Positions 29,996 through 39,968 of a stretch of DNA of 64,000 nucleotides are shown in pieces. The translations under genes and the position numbers were made by a program. This DNA comes from an uncultured bacterium. Its GTDB lineage: Bacteria > Verrucomicrobiota > Verrucomicrobiia > Limisphaerales > UBA8199. The notes under the pieces were generated by a model. That model was not told the origin of the DNA, did not search any database, and worked only from the letters and a program-made list of their open reading frames with translations. The DNA lies in assembly GCA_963713735.1 (NCBI GenBank), contig CAVQND010000015.1, positions 8,095 to 72,094 on the forward strand, given 5' to 3'. Every line of letters starts with the position of its first letter. Within the stretch, counting starts at the first letter, position 1.

Positions 29996-30613
29996 ATGAT
30001 TGCGGCGGTCGCAACTGGGCTGCTGTTGGGCCTTTCCTGTGGCCTCGCACCCGGCCCGCTGATGGCGCTAGTCCTGGCCCAGTCTCTGCGGCACGGCGCA
30101 CGCGAAGGCTGCAAGATAGCGCTGGCTCCGCTCCTGACCGACACGCCGATCATCCTGTTGGCCTGGCTGTTGGCCGCAAAGGCGGCGGATTTCCAGAAGC
30201 TCTTCGGCGGGCTCTCGCTCGCAGGCGGGGCGTTCGTCCTGTATCTGGCTGTGGACATCTTCCGCCCGGCACGGCTGGATGGGGCGACGGCTGACAGGAG
30301 CGCAAGCTCGTGGTTCAAGGGCATATTGACAAACCTGTTGAGCCCGCATCCCTGGCTGTTTTGGCTCACCATTGGGGCGACCGCCCTGGCGAGAGCCTTG
30401 GCCCAAAGCTGGCTGGCGGCGGTGGCTTTTCTCGCCAGTTTCTATCTCATGCTGGTCGGCTCCAAAGTGGCGCTCGCCCTGCTCGCGGCCCGCTCACGCG
30501 AGTTCCTGGCGGGCCGGCCCTATCGGTTCACCATGCGGACGCTTGGCGTCCTGCTCGTGGCGTGTGCGGCACTGCTCTTCCGGCAGGCCTGGCGCCATTT
30601 GGGAGCGACTTGA
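29996..30613 (+). CDS. LysE/RhtB-family amino-acid exporter
   Basis: 205 aa with six hydrophobic segments. N-terminal ...GLAPGPLMALV... and ...NLLSPHPWLFW... motifs. Confidence 0.8.
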   Translation: MIAAVATGLLLGLSCGLAPGPLMALVLAQSLRHGAREGCKIALAPLLTDTPIILLAWLLAAKAADFQKLFGGLSLAGGAFVLYLAVDIFRPARLDGATADRSASSWFKGILTNLLSPHPWLFWLTIGATALARALAQSWLAAVAFLASFYLMLVGSKVALALLAARSREFLAGRPYRFTMRTLGVLLVACAALLFRQAWRHLGAT

Positions 30614-30825
30614 GTTTTGAGGCCAGGATTTCGTCCCCAGCCAGCCGGAACCTCCGCAGCGTGGTGTTGTCCCAGGCAGTCGGTCCCGTCCGCCGCCGTA
30701 ATGCACGCCGCCTCGGGCAGGGTCGCGCAGCACTACCAGGCGTTTGCAGCCAGACCCCTGGTTGAACTCGGCAAACCCAGTATCAGATGATACCCATGGT
30801 CAGATGATCCGCATGAACGGACCTG

Positions 30826-31024
30826 GCCCGGATATTTCACGGGTTTCGCCAACTGGAACGCGTAGCGCAGGCTTCCAGCCTGCTGTATCGCGGATTTCCA
30901 ATCCGCAGATGCTCCCGAGCAGGTACAGCCTGCCGACTGGAAGTCGGCGATACAGCAGGTTGGAAACCTGCGCTACGCAGCTTCGGCAGCCCAGTGCCGC
31001 TCTTAGGCTGTGAAATATCCGGGC
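30826..31024. repeat. 199-bp TIR-bounded MITE, copy 2
   Basis: 15-bp terminal inverted repeat gcccggatatttcac at both ends. Reverse complement closely matches 22351-22547. Confidence 0.85.
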
Positions 31025-31071
31025 TAAGACTCGGGCGGCTGCGGAAACGAAAGGGCCTCCGACCGTTCAGG

Positions 31072-31311
31072 CTAAGCCCGCCTCCGTTTCCGCCAACTCC
31101 GCTTAATCGCCCGGGCCAACCGGGCTTTCCCCTGGGGCGTTTGGGTCCAATGCAGCTTCTTGCCTGCGCGCGCAGGTGCCGAAGATGCTGGCAGACCGTT
31201 GCCGGCCTGGACACCCAGGATAGAAGCCAGTTCGGCCTGGGCGGCGTCGAGTTTCTCTTTAATGGCTGCGGCCCGTCGGAGCTGCGCCGGGCTCAATTCA
31301 AGAATGTTCAT
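31072..31311 (-). CDS. Small hypothetical protein (79 aa)
   Basis: MNILELSPAQLRRAAAIKEKLDAAQAELASILG...; helical N-terminus and basic C-terminus. The upstream part of the ORF is discarded as repeat read-through. Confidence 0.4.
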   Translation of the reverse strand: MNILELSPAQLRRAAAIKEKLDAAQAELASILGVQAGNGLPASSAPARAGKKLHWTQTPQGKARLARAIKRSWRKRRRA

Positions 31312-31494
31312 TGGAGACAACCTACACATTAGGAGCCACGGCACAACCCAATAGCAGCAGAGACCGGAGGTTCTGGCACCCCCCGCATCGCCGTTGCCGC
31401 TCATGGTCTGGACCTCGGCGGCGCGGCAGAACCGGCACGGCAATATCCCCGCGATCATCTCGGGGCGAGGCGTCCCCACTCCCTTAGGGCTCGC

Positions 31495-32589
31495 CTACTC
31501 GGCCCCCTCCTCTTTTTCCGCGTCCTCCTCTTTGATTGCGCCCATCTCGCGCAGCATGGGTTTGACCCTTGCCCATACCTCCTTGGGGACCTTCTCTCGT
31601 TGCGGTTGCGTCTCGATTGGGCCATCGAAGATCAACTTGCCGTCGCTGTCATAGACGGTGAGGTGTCTCGTTGGGGCGGCCACAATGACATAGGTGCCCG
31701 AGTCGTCGGACTTGACCATGCTCTTGACTGATTTGCGATCCTTCTTGACGACTACGGTCGCTCCTTTCTTGACGTCCACCCCGCCCTCGGCCATGTCCTC
31801 CAGGTCCTTGGTCGCGGGCCCTAGGGCCTTCTGGGTGTGGCGCAAGGCCTCGCGCACGGCTTTGCGGGCGTCCTCGACACTGCGTTGGACCTCGAACCGG
31901 ATCTTGTCCTTGTCCACGCCTGCCTTGGCCAGCGCCTCACGGATTGCTTTCATCTGTTCGGTCATGTTCTCGCCGAGTTTGAGGTCGCCGAGCCGGCGTT
32001 GGAGTTCCTCCAGCTTCCCGGGGAACACGCCATCGTCGAGCATTGATCCCCCACCATGCGCGGTCTTGCCGAGCGTGGCGGAGACCGACTGCTTTTTGCC
32101 GGCCCGATAGATGCCCAGTTTGATTGTGTCGCCCTCCTTGTGCATTTGCACGAGTTTGCGCAACTGCGCCGGGTGGACGAGCAACTGGTCGCCGAACTGC
32201 ACCAGCACGTCGTGCTTCTGCAGGCCGGCCTTGGCCGCCGGGCTGTCGGCCGCCACATAACTCACCACCAAGCCCTCCCCGGAATTCAGGCCCAACTGCG
32301 ACGCGAGGGCGTCGGTCGTTTCCTCCGTGGACACACCCAGCCACGCCACCTCCTGGGCGTCCGGTTTTCCACTTTCCGGTTCGATCGTCTCGATAACGAT
32401 TCGCTTCTGCTGCGCGGCGGTTTCTTTGGCCGGTTGGCCCTCATCGTCCCCAACCACCATGGATTGCACCGCCACGGTGCGTTGCTCTTGCCCGGCGGCC
32501 GGTTGGGCCGCCAACCCCACCGCCAAGGCGCTGGCCGCAACCATCAACCACGCCCCTGTATTGTCTGCTCTAAGATGTCTTGTTTTCAT
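31495..32589 (-). CDS. Periplasmic PDZ-domain protein
   Basis: Signal peptide. PDZ-like ...AWLGVSTEETTDALASQLGLNSGEGLVVSYVAADSPAAKAGLQKHDVLVQFGDQLL.... Last gene of the sigma/anti-sigma operon. An alternative GTG start lies at 32622. Confidence 0.7.
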   Translation of the reverse strand: MKTRHLRADNTGAWLMVAASALAVGLAAQPAAGQEQRTVAVQSMVVGDDEGQPAKETAAQQKRIVIETIEPESGKPDAQEVAWLGVSTEETTDALASQLGLNSGEGLVVSYVAADSPAAKAGLQKHDVLVQFGDQLLVHPAQLRKLVQMHKEGDTIKLGIYRAGKKQSVSATLGKTAHGGGSMLDDGVFPGKLEELQRRLGDLKLGENMTEQMKAIREALAKAGVDKDKIRFEVQRSVEDARKAVREALRHTQKALGPATKDLEDMAEGGVDVKKGATVVVKKDRKSVKSMVKSDDSGTYVIVAAPTRHLTVYDSDGKLIFDGPIETQPQREKVPKEVWARVKPMLREMGAIKEEDAEKEEGAE

Positions 32590-32622
32590 TGTCTCACTGT
32601 CTTTCGTTTTCGCTTGTTTCAC

Positions 32623-33105
32623 TCAGTACGTTTCAAATCTCACTGGCACCACCTCGACGCGCGGCGCGCGCTCCTGCACGACAAGCCCGCGGGCCTGGTC
32701 GCGCACCACCACCTGGTCCACCCATTCCCGGCACCGGAACCGAATCGCCTCCCCGCCCGGCAGCCGGCCGATCGCATCGAACGTGGCAACCAACTCCTGG
32801 TCGATCTGGACGCCGTCCGCCTTGAGCGGCGCCGCGGCGACCGTGGCGTCGGACCCAGATGCAACGTGTCCTGGTGCTCGGCGCCATGCGAACAGGCCGG
32901 CGGCAAGGACTGCGGCAACCGTGCCGGCAGCCAGCCAGCGCAACGCTCGCATCCAGCCTGCCACCCCGAAATCCCCCTTAGGCGCTAAGGATTGATACGT
33001 GCCGACGGAAGGCTTCGCGGCGCGCAGTCGCGCCATGAAGGCCTCCGGCGGCCGGGCCGGCGCGACCCGTTTGAGTTCGGCTTCGAATTGCTGTTCGTCG
33101 TTCAC
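32623..33105 (-). CDS. Anti-sigma factor-like single-pass membrane protein
   Basis: Position directly after the ECF sigma with a 4-nt overlap. One TM segment, LRWLAAGTVAAVLAAGLFAW. Confidence 0.55.
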   Translation of the reverse strand: MNDEQQFEAELKRVAPARPPEAFMARLRAAKPSVGTYQSLAPKGDFGVAGWMRALRWLAAGTVAAVLAAGLFAWRRAPGHVASGSDATVAAAPLKADGVQIDQELVATFDAIGRLPGGEAIRFRCREWVDQVVVRDQARGLVVQERAPRVEVVPVRFETY

Positions 33106-33619
33106 GCGAGTGCCTCCTGGGTGAGCTTGCGCAATTCGGCCAGTCCGTAGCGGTAGCGGGATGCCGCGGTGTTGGCAGGGATAGCCAGCGCCTGGGCGAT
33201 CTCAACGAACGTCAATCCGCCCCATACCTTGAGCGTGATCACCTCGCGATAAATGGGCGTCATCTGCTGCATAGCTTCGTGGAGCAATCGGGCCGATCCC
33301 GTTCCTCGACTCCGGAGTCGAACCAACACTGAGGCGCGTCGAGGTTCGCCCCCAACTCCCGGCCAGCGCGGCGGTCCTCGCTCCGGGCAAAGTCCACGGC
33401 CCGGCGCCGGATGGTCGCGAACACCATGGCCAGAGGCGGAGGCGCCTCAACCGCCCGACGGCGCCAGCATTCGACCACCGCCTCCTGGACCAGGTCCTGG
33501 GCGTCGGCCTCACAACGGGCTTGTTGCCGGGCAAACAGCAGCAGCGCCGGGCCGTGCCCGGCCAGCCACCGTTCCCAGTCCGAGGAAGCGGGAGTTTCAT
33601 GTTGCCAACCGCCATTCAC
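33102..33619 (-). pseudogene. ECF (sigma-70 family group IV) sigma factor, one frameshift near 33295-33310
   Basis: Region 2 (DAQDLVQEAVVECW) lies in ORF 33260-33619 and region 4 (LTFVEIAQALAIPANTAASRYRYGL) in ORF 33102-33329. The junction lies at cggccc and could be a lost g. Confidence 0.7.
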
Positions 33620-33706
33620 GCGATTTCACCTTCGTAAGCGCCGCCACGGGCGTTTTTTGTCTAACACCAAATGAGATTAGCCGGACAATGGCATGGAGTA
33701 GTGACA

Positions 33707-33817
33707 GAAGACGACCGGGTCCAAATCGCGGATGGCAGAGATCATTAGGCCCTTGGCATCGTAGGGTGTCGAGGGAATCACCACCTTGAGGCCCGCCAAC
33801 CGGGCGTACAAGACTCC
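33707..33817 (-). pseudogene. Remnant of a 2-oxoacid dehydrogenase E1 beta-subunit gene
   Basis: Only ~37 aa are recognisable, ...[31 protein letters not shown], matching the conserved PGLKVV.PS.PYDAKGLL..AIRD..PV.F block. No flanking homology. Confidence 0.5.
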
Positions 33818-34010
33818 AGCCCCGCATCGGCGTGTTGGCCGGCCTGAAATGGCTGCCGGCCCAACCGTTGTTCCGGCAATGCCAGCCCGTGGGGTGATTG
33901 GGGTTGTCCGGATGGTCCAGCCAATTGAGTCATGGTTTACTGGTTTCGATTTCACGCGATCCGTTGGTGGCCCACAATCCGAACCCTTTGGCGAATGAGG
34001 AGAAGCGGAC

Positions 34011-35660
34011 CTATTCTGCCGCTGCTTGTCGTGTGACGATGGGGACATACCCTGCTTCCAAGCCTGGTGGCGGGGTCACGATCAAGGCCGGGTCAATGTC
34101 CGCCAGTGTTCCAATTGTGGGGGGCGGCAGGTAGTCGCGGTCTTTCGTCCAGTTCCGGTGGAGCTTTTCCACCCGCGCTTGCAGGCTCTCCCGCTCTTGC
34201 TCGGTTAAACCGGCGTTCTGTAATGCCGGCTGGTCGGCGAATCGATACCAGGAGTACGTCACCACACTCCCATCCCCCGGATGCGCCTGGAAAGGACCGG
34301 CCACCGGGCCGGGCCGCTTCCAGCAACTCTTCGCATCGTCGGGAGTGACGTAGGGTTCGGGGCGATCCTCGCGGGGCCGATGAAAGCGAAACTGGACCAG
34401 ACCTGTGGCCGCGGGAACATCTTCCGCTCGCACCGCAACCCACTCCGCCTTCTGGCTGCTATTGGTCACCAGGTGGAAGTATTCGGGCAGCGTAACCAGT
34501 GAGCGATCTTGAAGAATCGTCTCTGGCGACCATTTGGTAGTTCCACCGGTATCCGAAGGTATTTGAGCCGAAGGCCATGGGGGTCGCAAACGCACGCCAG
34601 GCAAGAGGCGCGCTTTTCTCGCCGGGGACGCCAGGCGTAGAGATTTTCCAGGTCGCGCCCCCGCGTCCGTTAAAACGGTGCAGAGAGGCCCCCAGAGGGT
34701 CGATGGCGCCGCTAGCCGCGGGCCCCCCTCAAACCAGGCCCTCACGGCGTCCCAAAGGGCCTTCCGGCTGTAGGAGGTGATGCGGTGCACGACCACCGAA
34801 TCGCCCTCCGGCCCCCGGGGAAAGAAAGTTCGCGCGATATGGGCGTAGGTCTCCCCTTTTTCGTCTACGCACTGAACGCTGGGGACGTACTGGGTTTCCA
34901 TCTGCAAAGCCCGGTTCGGCTGGGAGGGGCGGGTATCCAGAAGCATTCCAGCCAAGCGTGGCTCGGCGAGAGCCGCGTGGGACCAGAAATAGGGGGTGAA
35001 AAAGGCCACCGGGCCTTTGAAGTTCCGCGTGTTCAGGAACAAAGTCCAACAATTGTCTCCGGTCGGCACGTTTTTCCCGGCGGTGGCCGATTTGGCGGGG
35101 GTGAGCGGCAGCGGCAGGTACCCATAGCCGAATAGCTCACCGCGGGTGCCTGGTTTCAGATTCAAGCCATCGGGGGGCCATAGCAGCCAGGGACTGAGTT
35201 GCGCCACACCGTACAGGCCCTTCGGGTCATCCCAGTCGCGTCCTTTGCCGGCCCCGGGTCCGTTGGCCCATTCAATGAAATCCGGGGCCACTCCGCCCAT
35301 GATGAACTTGGGCGTTTCGGTGGCAAACCGCGTGTCCCGCCACCAGCCCAGCCCGCCCTCGATATCGGAATACAGGTTGGTCGGCGCGGGGCCGTCATAC
35401 TGAGCAAACATCCAGGTGCCGAACAGGCCGGTCTGAAAACGATGCCCCGGGTATTCCTGCAATAAAGGCCAGGCAGCCACATACATGGAGAACCCGGCGT
35501 TATAGGTCTCTGGGACCTTCTCGTTCGGGACCAGCAGGTATCCGGCCATCTCCCCTTCCCGAATCTGATTCGGGGCGCCCAGGAGCGGTGACCGAGAGAA
35601 GACGAGCCCGAGCGCCAGGCTCGAAACGAACCATGCGAAGAGCCTCTTTCCCGACCCCAT
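34011..35660 (-). CDS. Secreted hypothetical protein (~550 aa)
   Basis: Start taken at [22 protein letters not shown] (signal peptide). Trp/Tyr-rich globular composition. An Arg/Pro/Ala-rich stretch at ~34530-34720 may reflect a compensated double frameshift. Confidence 0.5.
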   Translation of the reverse strand: MGSGKRLFAWFVSSLALGLVFSRSPLLGAPNQIREGEMAGYLLVPNEKVPETYNAGFSMYVAAWPLLQEYPGHRFQTGLFGTWMFAQYDGPAPTNLYSDIEGGLGWWRDTRFATETPKFIMGGVAPDFIEWANGPGAGKGRDWDDPKGLYGVAQLSPWLLWPPDGLNLKPGTRGELFGYGYLPLPLTPAKSATAGKNVPTGDNCWTLFLNTRNFKGPVAFFTPYFWSHAALAEPRLAGMLLDTRPSQPNRALQMETQYVPSVQCVDEKGETYAHIARTFFPRGPEGDSVVVHRITSYSRKALWDAVRAWFEGGPRLAAPSTLWGPLCTVLTDAGARPGKSLRLASPARKARLLPGVRLRPPWPSAQIPSDTGGTTKWSPETILQDRSLVTLPEYFHLVTNSSQKAEWVAVRAEDVPAATGLVQFRFHRPREDRPEPYVTPDDAKSCWKRPGPVAGPFQAHPGDGSVVTYSWYRFADQPALQNAGLTEQERESLQARVEKLHRNWTKDRDYLPPPTIGTLADIDPALIVTPPPGLEAGYVPIVTRQAAAE

Positions 35661-35913
35661 ATTGAAATTCCTTCCTGACACTCCACGTTTGCCCAGGAAC
35701 TGCATCTCTACCGAGTTCATTGACGGTGATTGTCTGGCTATCCCCGCCGGGGAGGCAAGCGTTTTGTGTAAGCCGTGACCAGACGCCATGGGACTTACGG
35801 GGGGTGGCCAGAGAACTTGCCCCGGCGATTCGATGACGGCTGGGTCGCTGGGCATACTGCGCCTTTTGGCCTTGAGCGGCTTGGCAGGAATGGAAGGTAG
35901 AAAGGATAATTCG

Positions 35914-36203
35914 ATGAACCGGCGTAATTTCGTGAAGGCTGGGTTGGTGGCGGGCACGTGCGGGCCATCCGGGCCGCGCAGCGCCTGCCCAACCTCCATC
36001 TGGACACCTCGTCGGTGGTATTCATGCAGTACCTGGAACAAGCCGCGCAGGAACTGCCGGCGGAGAAACTGCTCTTTGGATCAGACGGTCCGCTGGTGGA
36101 TGCGCGGGTTGAGCTCCAGAAGGTCCGGCTGTTGAAACTGCCCCCTGAAAAGGAAGCTTTGGTCCTCGGAGGCAATATCCGCCGCCTGCTCGGTCTGGAT
36201 TAA
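35914..36203 (+). pseudogene. Amidohydrolase-family remnant (Tat-like signal fused to C-terminal end)
   Basis: MNRRNFVKAGLVAGT (Tat-type) in one frame, then ...LLFGSDGPLVDARVELQKVRLL...GGNIRRLLGLD (amidohydrolase C-terminus) in another. The central ~300 aa are missing. Confidence 0.5.
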
Positions 36204-36231
36204 GGGGCCGTCAAGAAATAAAGGTGGCAAG

Positions 36232-36477
36232 ATGCCGCCGGGATTTATTGATAAGAAATTGGTTTTTTGCGCGCCCGCACGTACTGAACGCTGCGCGGGT
36301 CAACTCATTGCGATTGGCGAACAGCACGTCAGGCTGCGGCTGCCCGAAGGGGCGCGAGTCAGGCGCGTGCGGCTGCTGGCCGCTGACAAGCGCCCGCACG
36401 CCGAGCGCGCCGGACAATATCTGCGCGTCACTGTGCCTTCCATCCTCGACCACGAAATCGTCGCGATTGATTTGTGA
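36232..36477 (+). pseudogene. Orphan 81-aa fragment, probably the C-terminal piece of a larger enzyme
   Basis: ...GQYLRVTVPSILDHEIVAIDL looks like a beta-sandwich C-terminal end. No N-terminal domain present. Weak. Confidence 0.25.
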
Positions 36478-36504
36478 GCGCGGATCTGTTGCTCAACGAG
36501 CACC

Positions 36505-37739
36505 ATGGTGTTGATAATGAGACCGTCACTTCTTGCCTTCGGCGCCACTGCGCTCGTGGTCCTGGCGCAACCGATAGCCGGCGAGGCTGCGGGAGAAGAG
36601 CTTACGAATGCCGTCCACGCGTTTCTGCAACATCGCATCGACATCGAAAAGTTGGGCGTTGGCATGGTGGTCGGCATGGTGGACGAACACGGAAGCCGCG
36701 TTGTCAGATTGAGCGTGGAGCGATGCGGCGGGAGGATGCTGTGGCCAGGTATTTGCCCAAATCGGTCAGGATGCCGACCCGCCACGGCAAGGAAATCACC
36801 TTGCTCCAACTGGCCACGCACACCTCCGGGCTTCCCCACGAGCCCGACAACCTCGCCCCCAAGCGCGCGGATAATCCCCGGGCCGATTATGCCGCCGGGG
36901 ACCTGTATGCCTTCCTGTCCGGGTACGAATTGACTCGTGACCCGGGAGCGGAGTATGAGTATTCCAGCCTGGGAGTGGGGTTGCTCGGTCATGTCATCGC
37001 CTTGAAAGCCGGGACGAACTACGAATCGCTCGTGGCGGACCGGATCTGCCGGCCATTGGGGATGGAGAGCACCCGCCTCAGCCTGACCCCCGAACTGCAA
37101 GCCCGATTCGCCCAGGGATACAACGAACTCGGATACCCGGTATCGAGCTGGGATTACCTGGCTTTGTCCGGTTGCGGCGCGCTGCGCTCGACGGTCAATG
37201 ATCTGCTGAAATGCACGTCGGCCAATCTCGGCCTGACACCGTCCAGTCTCACGCCGCTCATGGAAAAGACGCACGCAGGTCACTTTCACCAATTGACCAT
37301 TTTTGACTTTGGCTTGGCTTGGGTGATCCGGCAGGCGCACGATCTCGGCCACGCCTTTTCCTACAAGCGGACCTCCGAGCAGCCGCCCAAAACCCCCGAA
37401 CCACCGAAACCGCGGGTCGCGATCAAGCTGGACGCAAGACTGCTGGGTGCCTGTGCCGGCCACTATGAGTTTCCGCCGAACGGAGTGTTTCCCCCCACGG
37501 GAATGAAAGTGAGGATCTGGCGGGAAGGAGAACAGTTGCTCTGGCAAGCCTGGGGCAAGGACGCAGCCAAAGGCGCAATTGATCTTTATCCCGAGTCGGA
37601 AACGAACTTCTTCCTCAAGTTCAATGGTGCGCAACTGACCTTCCTCAAGAACGACAAAGGAGAAGTGACCGCAGTACGTCATCATCTGGAGGGGTTGCCC
37701 GATTGTGAGGGAAAGAAACTGCCAGCCCCAGCCGATTGA
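36505..37739 (+). pseudogene. Beta-lactamase-family serine hydrolase with DUF3471-like C-terminus; catalytic S-x-x-K region deleted
   Basis: Signal plus ...VGMVDEHGSRVV, then a frame change directly into ...ERGAMRREDAVARYLPKSVRMPTRHGKEITLLQLATHTSGLP. The ~40 aa that normally hold the S-x-x-K are absent. Confidence 0.65.
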
Positions 37740-38260
37740 AGCGCGCGCTCACCCGCGAAGCGGCAAAACCGGCGCGGCGGCAAAAAAGCAATTTCTTATG
37801 TGCAGCCTTCTGTCCTTTGACATGCTTGCAGGTGCAAGAGTATCAGATTTGGTGCAAGCGGAATTTCATAAAAAGTTGTTGGAGGACACCGCGACGGCCA
37901 CCGTTTGTGAACGGTTTATGCGCATTTAGCGGGGACGCAACCGTTGGTCAAAGATCGGACCCGAGACGGGGGAAGGCCGATGGCAAACTGACCCCGCCCG
38001 GTCTGCGGACTAGTGCTACGAGACCCCTGGAGAGTTCTCCGCCGGAACCCCTGAGAGCAGCTCCATGGTCTAAGTATCTTTGAGCAGCACCGCCACGCCA
38101 GCCAGGCGTGAGCGGGGAAAGGGGAGGCCAGTTGGTAATCTTGCACAAACAGCCGGTATCCCTTACCGCTGTGGTCCCACTTGAACCACTCCGGCCTACC
38201 CCCCGCCCCGGATCCTCCTTCAACCGCGCCGGCGACGCACCCTGGATTGAAGCCTCGCCC

Positions 38261-39733
38261 TCAGGCCTTGGCGCTACAGGAGTGTTGCGGTAAGGGCAAG
38301 GAAATTGAGTGGCTTTCTTGAACCATCGCGCGCCACTTTCCCAAGGCAGTATAGGGCGCAAAGACCTGGGCTAATGGGGCCTTGGACTGCCACTTGATTA
38401 GGAGTTTGGGCCAGAGTTCCAGGTAATAAGCCGCCCGCGCTGGGGCGGGGGACTCGGGCGCGTACAGGTCGGGCGGCAGGTAAAGGGTTTGCCGCTGCAT
38501 CAAGGATTTGCCCAGACCCAAGAGGTCTTTGGCCACCACGAAATCGGCATGGCTCTTGCGGGCCTGGACGTCTCGGTAACGTTGCTGGAGTTCAGGTGGG
38601 CCCATTTGCCCCATTTTATTGGCGGCTTGGACCAGGTAATTTTTGAGGTGATGATTACAGCGCTGCCAGACTCCCAAGACGACCGGAGCCTGGTCGGGGC
38701 CACCACTCTGCCTGGTGGCGGGAACGATGCCCGCATAGGAACAGAGCAAATCCAAGTTGGGTAATTGGTCCGGCGGCCCCAGTTCACTGGCCATGCCGGC
38801 GGCCAAGGTGACACCGATGCCGGCGATGGAAGTCAGGACCGCACCCGGGGTCTTGGCGAGCAAGGGGGCAATTTGACGATCCAAGCCGGTGATGACTTGT
38901 TGGAGAGATTGGCTTTGGTCGGCCAGGACTTTAAGTAGTTGCTGCCAGGTGGCCACATATTGGGTGGAGGGCGGCAGGACTTCACGGGCCAAAGATTGGA
39001 GGGTGGCAGCCGCCGTGGGGGCGTCGGGCAGGCCCTGGCGCTGGAGGCCCTCGATGAGGTTGCCGGTACGGCGCTGGGCAATTTGTGGAGCGCTAAAACG
39101 ATCTTCCAGCAGCCACCAACAGGCCGGAGTGAAAGGCGGGATGCCGCTCTTTTTGGGGTCCAGGAATTGGGGAAAGAGCCGGTCGACATAATTATGGAGG
39201 CGATTGGTCAGCGCCGTGGCGGAGGTGACGAAGCAATGACGTTCCCGGCACAGGTCGCGCAAGTGGCGGTAATCGTCGGCGACGGGAGGATTGAGTTTGC
39301 CGCGTTGTTTGAGCAGGCATTGAGCAATTCCCAGCAGGTCCAGGGTGTCATTGGAGGCTTGGAAGTTTACGCGTTGCTTTTTGGCTTCCCAGGCGTTGAC
39401 ACGAGCGACGGCAAAACCTTTGGCTCGGAGGGCGGTGATAAAGTTCTCGGCCCAAGCCGGGACATCCTCCCCGCCGAAGAAAGCGTGGGTGGACTGGAGA
39501 TGATGATGACGGCAAGTGTCGTCCAGTTGGGCGAGCGGGCCGGTTAAGCCGCTGGGAGAGTTATCCACGCTAAAAGCTTTCTTGAGGATATCGCCCACGC
39601 CATTGCAGAAAAGGACGGTGTGCTTACGCTTGGCATAGTCAATGGGAGCGCAGAGAACCCTGCGCGGATCCCCGGCCCGCTCAAACAGGTTGCGCAATTC
39701 GGGTTGGGGTTTAGCATAGATGGACGCAGTCAT
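38261..39733 (-). CDS. IS110-family (DEDD RuvC-like + Tnp domain) transposase/recombinase
   Basis: PIDYAKRKH..., ...SNDTLDLLGIA..., ...TSIAGIGVTLAAGMASELG... and ...SYAGIVPATRQSG... motifs typical of IS110/IS116/IS902 enzymes. Start taken at MTASIYAK (39733). Confidence 0.85.
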   Translation of the reverse strand: MTASIYAKPQPELRNLFERAGDPRRVLCAPIDYAKRKHTVLFCNGVGDILKKAFSVDNSPSGLTGPLAQLDDTCRHHHLQSTHAFFGGEDVPAWAENFITALRAKGFAVARVNAWEAKKQRVNFQASNDTLDLLGIAQCLLKQRGKLNPPVADDYRHLRDLCRERHCFVTSATALTNRLHNYVDRLFPQFLDPKKSGIPPFTPACWWLLEDRFSAPQIAQRRTGNLIEGLQRQGLPDAPTAAATLQSLAREVLPPSTQYVATWQQLLKVLADQSQSLQQVITGLDRQIAPLLAKTPGAVLTSIAGIGVTLAAGMASELGPPDQLPNLDLLCSYAGIVPATRQSGGPDQAPVVLGVWQRCNHHLKNYLVQAANKMGQMGPPELQQRYRDVQARKSHADFVVAKDLLGLGKSLMQRQTLYLPPDLYAPESPAPARAAYYLELWPKLLIKWQSKAPLAQVFAPYTALGKWRAMVQESHSISLPLPQHSCSAKA

Positions 39734-39739
39734 ACAGCT

Positions 39740-39968
39740 TGGTTCAAGTTGAGGCAGCGCGGTTTCGGCGCGTTGCCGATTAATCTTAACGGACTTGGAC
39801 TGATTAGCTTCCGCCAGCTCGTGGGTTAACACCACTGGCTGGCGGTCTCATTTGGGGGAAAAACTCTCAGAACCGGCCGAGGCCTGTCCCCTCGTTGGGG
39901 AATGGGTTGGCGGGCGAGCTTCGCCCGGGGGCTCGCCCGCCAACCCATTCCCCAACGAGGGTGAAGGT
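39740..39968 (-). ncRNA. Structured 5' leader of the IS110 recombinase (candidate bridge-RNA-type guide RNA)
   Basis: On the recombinase strand: 31-bp hairpin; hairpin CCGCCAGC...GCUGGCGG with inner GUGG/CCAC; 5-bp stem UAAUC/GAUUA closing the loop AGUCCAAGUCCGUUAA (plus 39786-39801); hairpin GGCAACGCG-CCGAAAC-CGCGCUGCC. The function is inferred from published IS110 biology. Confidence 0.4.
39889..39961. repeat. Perfect 31-bp-stem hairpin with 11-nt loop
   Basis: 39889-39919 (ccctcgttggggaatgggttggcgggcgagc) is the exact reverse complement of 39931-39961. Confidence 0.95.

Noticed and set aside
36300-37685. 461-aa minus-strand ORF
   Set aside because: Antisense to the serine-hydrolase pseudogene, whose plus-strand translation has clear family motifs (LATHTSGLP, DUF3471-like tail).
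39889-39961. CRISPR repeat or CRISPR array
   Set aside because: This is a single hairpin, not a direct-repeat/spacer series. No regularly spaced direct repeats and no cas genes occur anywhere in the window.
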